The notes under the pieces were generated by a model. The model had not been told where the DNA came from and did no database searches. It was given only the letters and a program-made list of their open reading frames with translations. Positions 62,589 through 64,000 of a stretch of 64,000 bases of DNA are shown here, in pieces; the first letter of the stretch is position 1; each line of letters begins with the position of its first letter. This stretch comes from Amphiscolops sp. MND2022. Lineage: Eukaryota. The position numbers and the translations under genes were made by a program. Location: NCBI GenBank assembly GCA_964187785.1, contig OZ076420.1, positions 20,274,001-20,338,000 of the forward strand, given 5' to 3'.

Positions 62589-62940
62589 AATAAGCCGGGA
62601 ACGGCTAAGTCGGTACCATATCTAAGGCTCAAAAATAGCAAAGGACTTCAAAGTGTCAAGAAAACGTTATATCCGAACTTTGAAAACGTTATATTCGAAC
62701 TTCCAAAACGTTATACCCGAACTTTGGAAACGTTATATCCAAACTTTGAAAAATTTAAATCCGAACTCGAAAACTTCACATCCGAACTTTGAAAACTTTA
62801 TATCCGAACTTTGAAAACGTTACATGAGAACTTTGAACCGTTATATCCGAACTTTGAAAAAGTTTGAACAAATGAACAAAAAATTGGACAATTCAGAGTG
62901 AACTGAAAAAAAACTACCCACTGTAAGAGCAGCGCGTTTT
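62589..62940 (-). mobile_element. Helentron/HINE-like element, copy I, head-to-tail with H, carrying a minisatellite
   Basis: AATAAGCCGGGAACGGCTAAGTCGGTACCATATCTAAGGCTCAAAA. The far end is degenerate (ACTACCCACTGTAAGAGCAGCGCGTTTT). Confidence 0.65.
62661..62856 (+). repeat. Minisatellite, 9 units of ~22 bp (AAAACGTTATATCCGAACTTTG)
   Basis: Contiguous degenerate units with no spacers. Confidence 0.9.
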
Positions 62941-63496
62941 GGAATCTACACATTTCGATCTTCGCAAAGTTAATCTAATCTATGTGAATATAAACGCATT
63001 CTAAATAGAACGGGTGTAATCAATTGTTTGTTCATGACAAGATGGCATCAAGTAAATATGCTAAAGTGTGTTTCTTTAGAAAATGCCAAAATGGCTCTGG
63101 ACTTTGCGCCAAAACTCCGCACGCGTCGTGTATCTGACTGCATTTCAGCATGTTTCAAAACATGCTAGGGCCACTTTGACCCAATTTTGTCCCCAGTGGT
63201 ATAAATTGGTCCCGTTTTCTTGATTTTGGAGACATCAAGTCAACAATCCTTGAAAATGCGTGCAATGTCATGTATTATTGTCTAAAAATCTTATTCAAGA
63301 GTTTTCTTTACCATACGGTTAGGTCAGCTGGTGCCTTTAGAAGTTTGCAGATCTTAAGTGGTGCAAAAACGTACCACAATGCTATTCAGGGTCAAAAAGT
63401 GAACCATTTAGTTTAAGCGCTGTGGTCTGACAAAAAACATGTCAGTGTAAGAGTCGAACGATAAAAGAGGAAATAGATGCTGGAAGGCAATGTGAC

Positions 63497-63621
63497 CTGA
63501 TGGCATTAATGTGGGACTGGACAGATTGGTAGAATGAGTCATAGAGAGAGGCATCGAATTCACTCATCTGGATCTCCTTCAGTTTCTCCTTGTACGCTTC
63601 ATCTCTCATCTCTTTGGCGGC
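63497..63621 (-). CDS. VWA8: VWA8 exon (AAKEMRDEAYKEKLKEIQMSEFDASLYDSFYQSVQSHINAIR)
   Basis: Manual translation resembles the LKEIQMSEYDA region of VWA8. Acceptor TTGTAG| (phase 0) and donor AG|GTCACA (phase 2) join in frame to 61463. The gene continues beyond the window. Confidence 0.88.
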
Positions 63622-64000
63622 CTACAACAAATTACTTTTGGGCAGACAGGTTACAGTTATCAGTTGTTTTCAGACAACATTAAAAAACCTAGTTCAGAGA
63701 GCGATAAATTCGACATTTCAGTATCTTCATCTCCCAATCTTCTTCGGAGCATTGAATTTTTTTCATTCATCAGGATCAGGCTTCGACACCGCTAAAAGCG
63801 AATTACCGAAATAGTAAGGCATTTCATATATAATCGGAAATTTCGTCTAATACAGCTCGCTAAAAGTTAATCGTTAGTCAGTTAGCCTATGAAATGATGG
63901 GAATGAACAGTGAAAGTTTGAACCAGTAAGAATTTTTTCACATGTGCTATCAAGATTCAACACATCTAATTTATTCTTTTTGGTAATTGACTTCAGGCAA

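Noticed and set aside
62661-62856. CRISPR-like array
   Set aside because: Units are contiguous and degenerate with no unique spacers, the context is eukaryotic and there are no cas genes.

Overview
AT-rich, repeat-dense DNA from an animal genome: it has spliceosomal GT-AG introns and no prokaryotic operons, rRNA or CRISPR arrays. The repeat style reminds me of acoel flatworm assemblies, but that is unverified recollection. I assembled four host gene models by hand from splice-phase-compatible exons: (1) the 3' four exons of a VWA8 orthologue (63621->57482, minus); (2) a fibronectin type-III protein with a GGGDTS-repeat stalk and a ~13.6-kb TE-filled intron (47343->32155, minus); (3) a divergent rhodopsin-like 7TM receptor (26459-28672, plus; N-terminus disrupted or non-canonically spliced); (4) an unrecognised small gene with two exon-encoded six-cysteine domains (2463->1099, minus; second exon missed by the ORF track). 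Mobile DNA dominates. It includes an internally deleted Ty3/Gypsy element (12232-19606, TSD CTCGG), two related solo LTRs (20307-22412 and 22768-25157), a decayed Gypsy relic (~37-44.5 kb), a frameshifted CR1/L2-type LINE (51.1-53.8 kb), nine copies of a Helentron/HINE-like non-autonomous family and several MITEs. The most unusual signals are the six-Cys domain gene, LTRs that carry 130-195 codons of gag and end in a conserved codon phase so that the primer-binding site is translated, an identical 13-mer at both junctions of a pol fragment inserted in the 5' LTR, and a covarying terminal hairpin in the HINE family.
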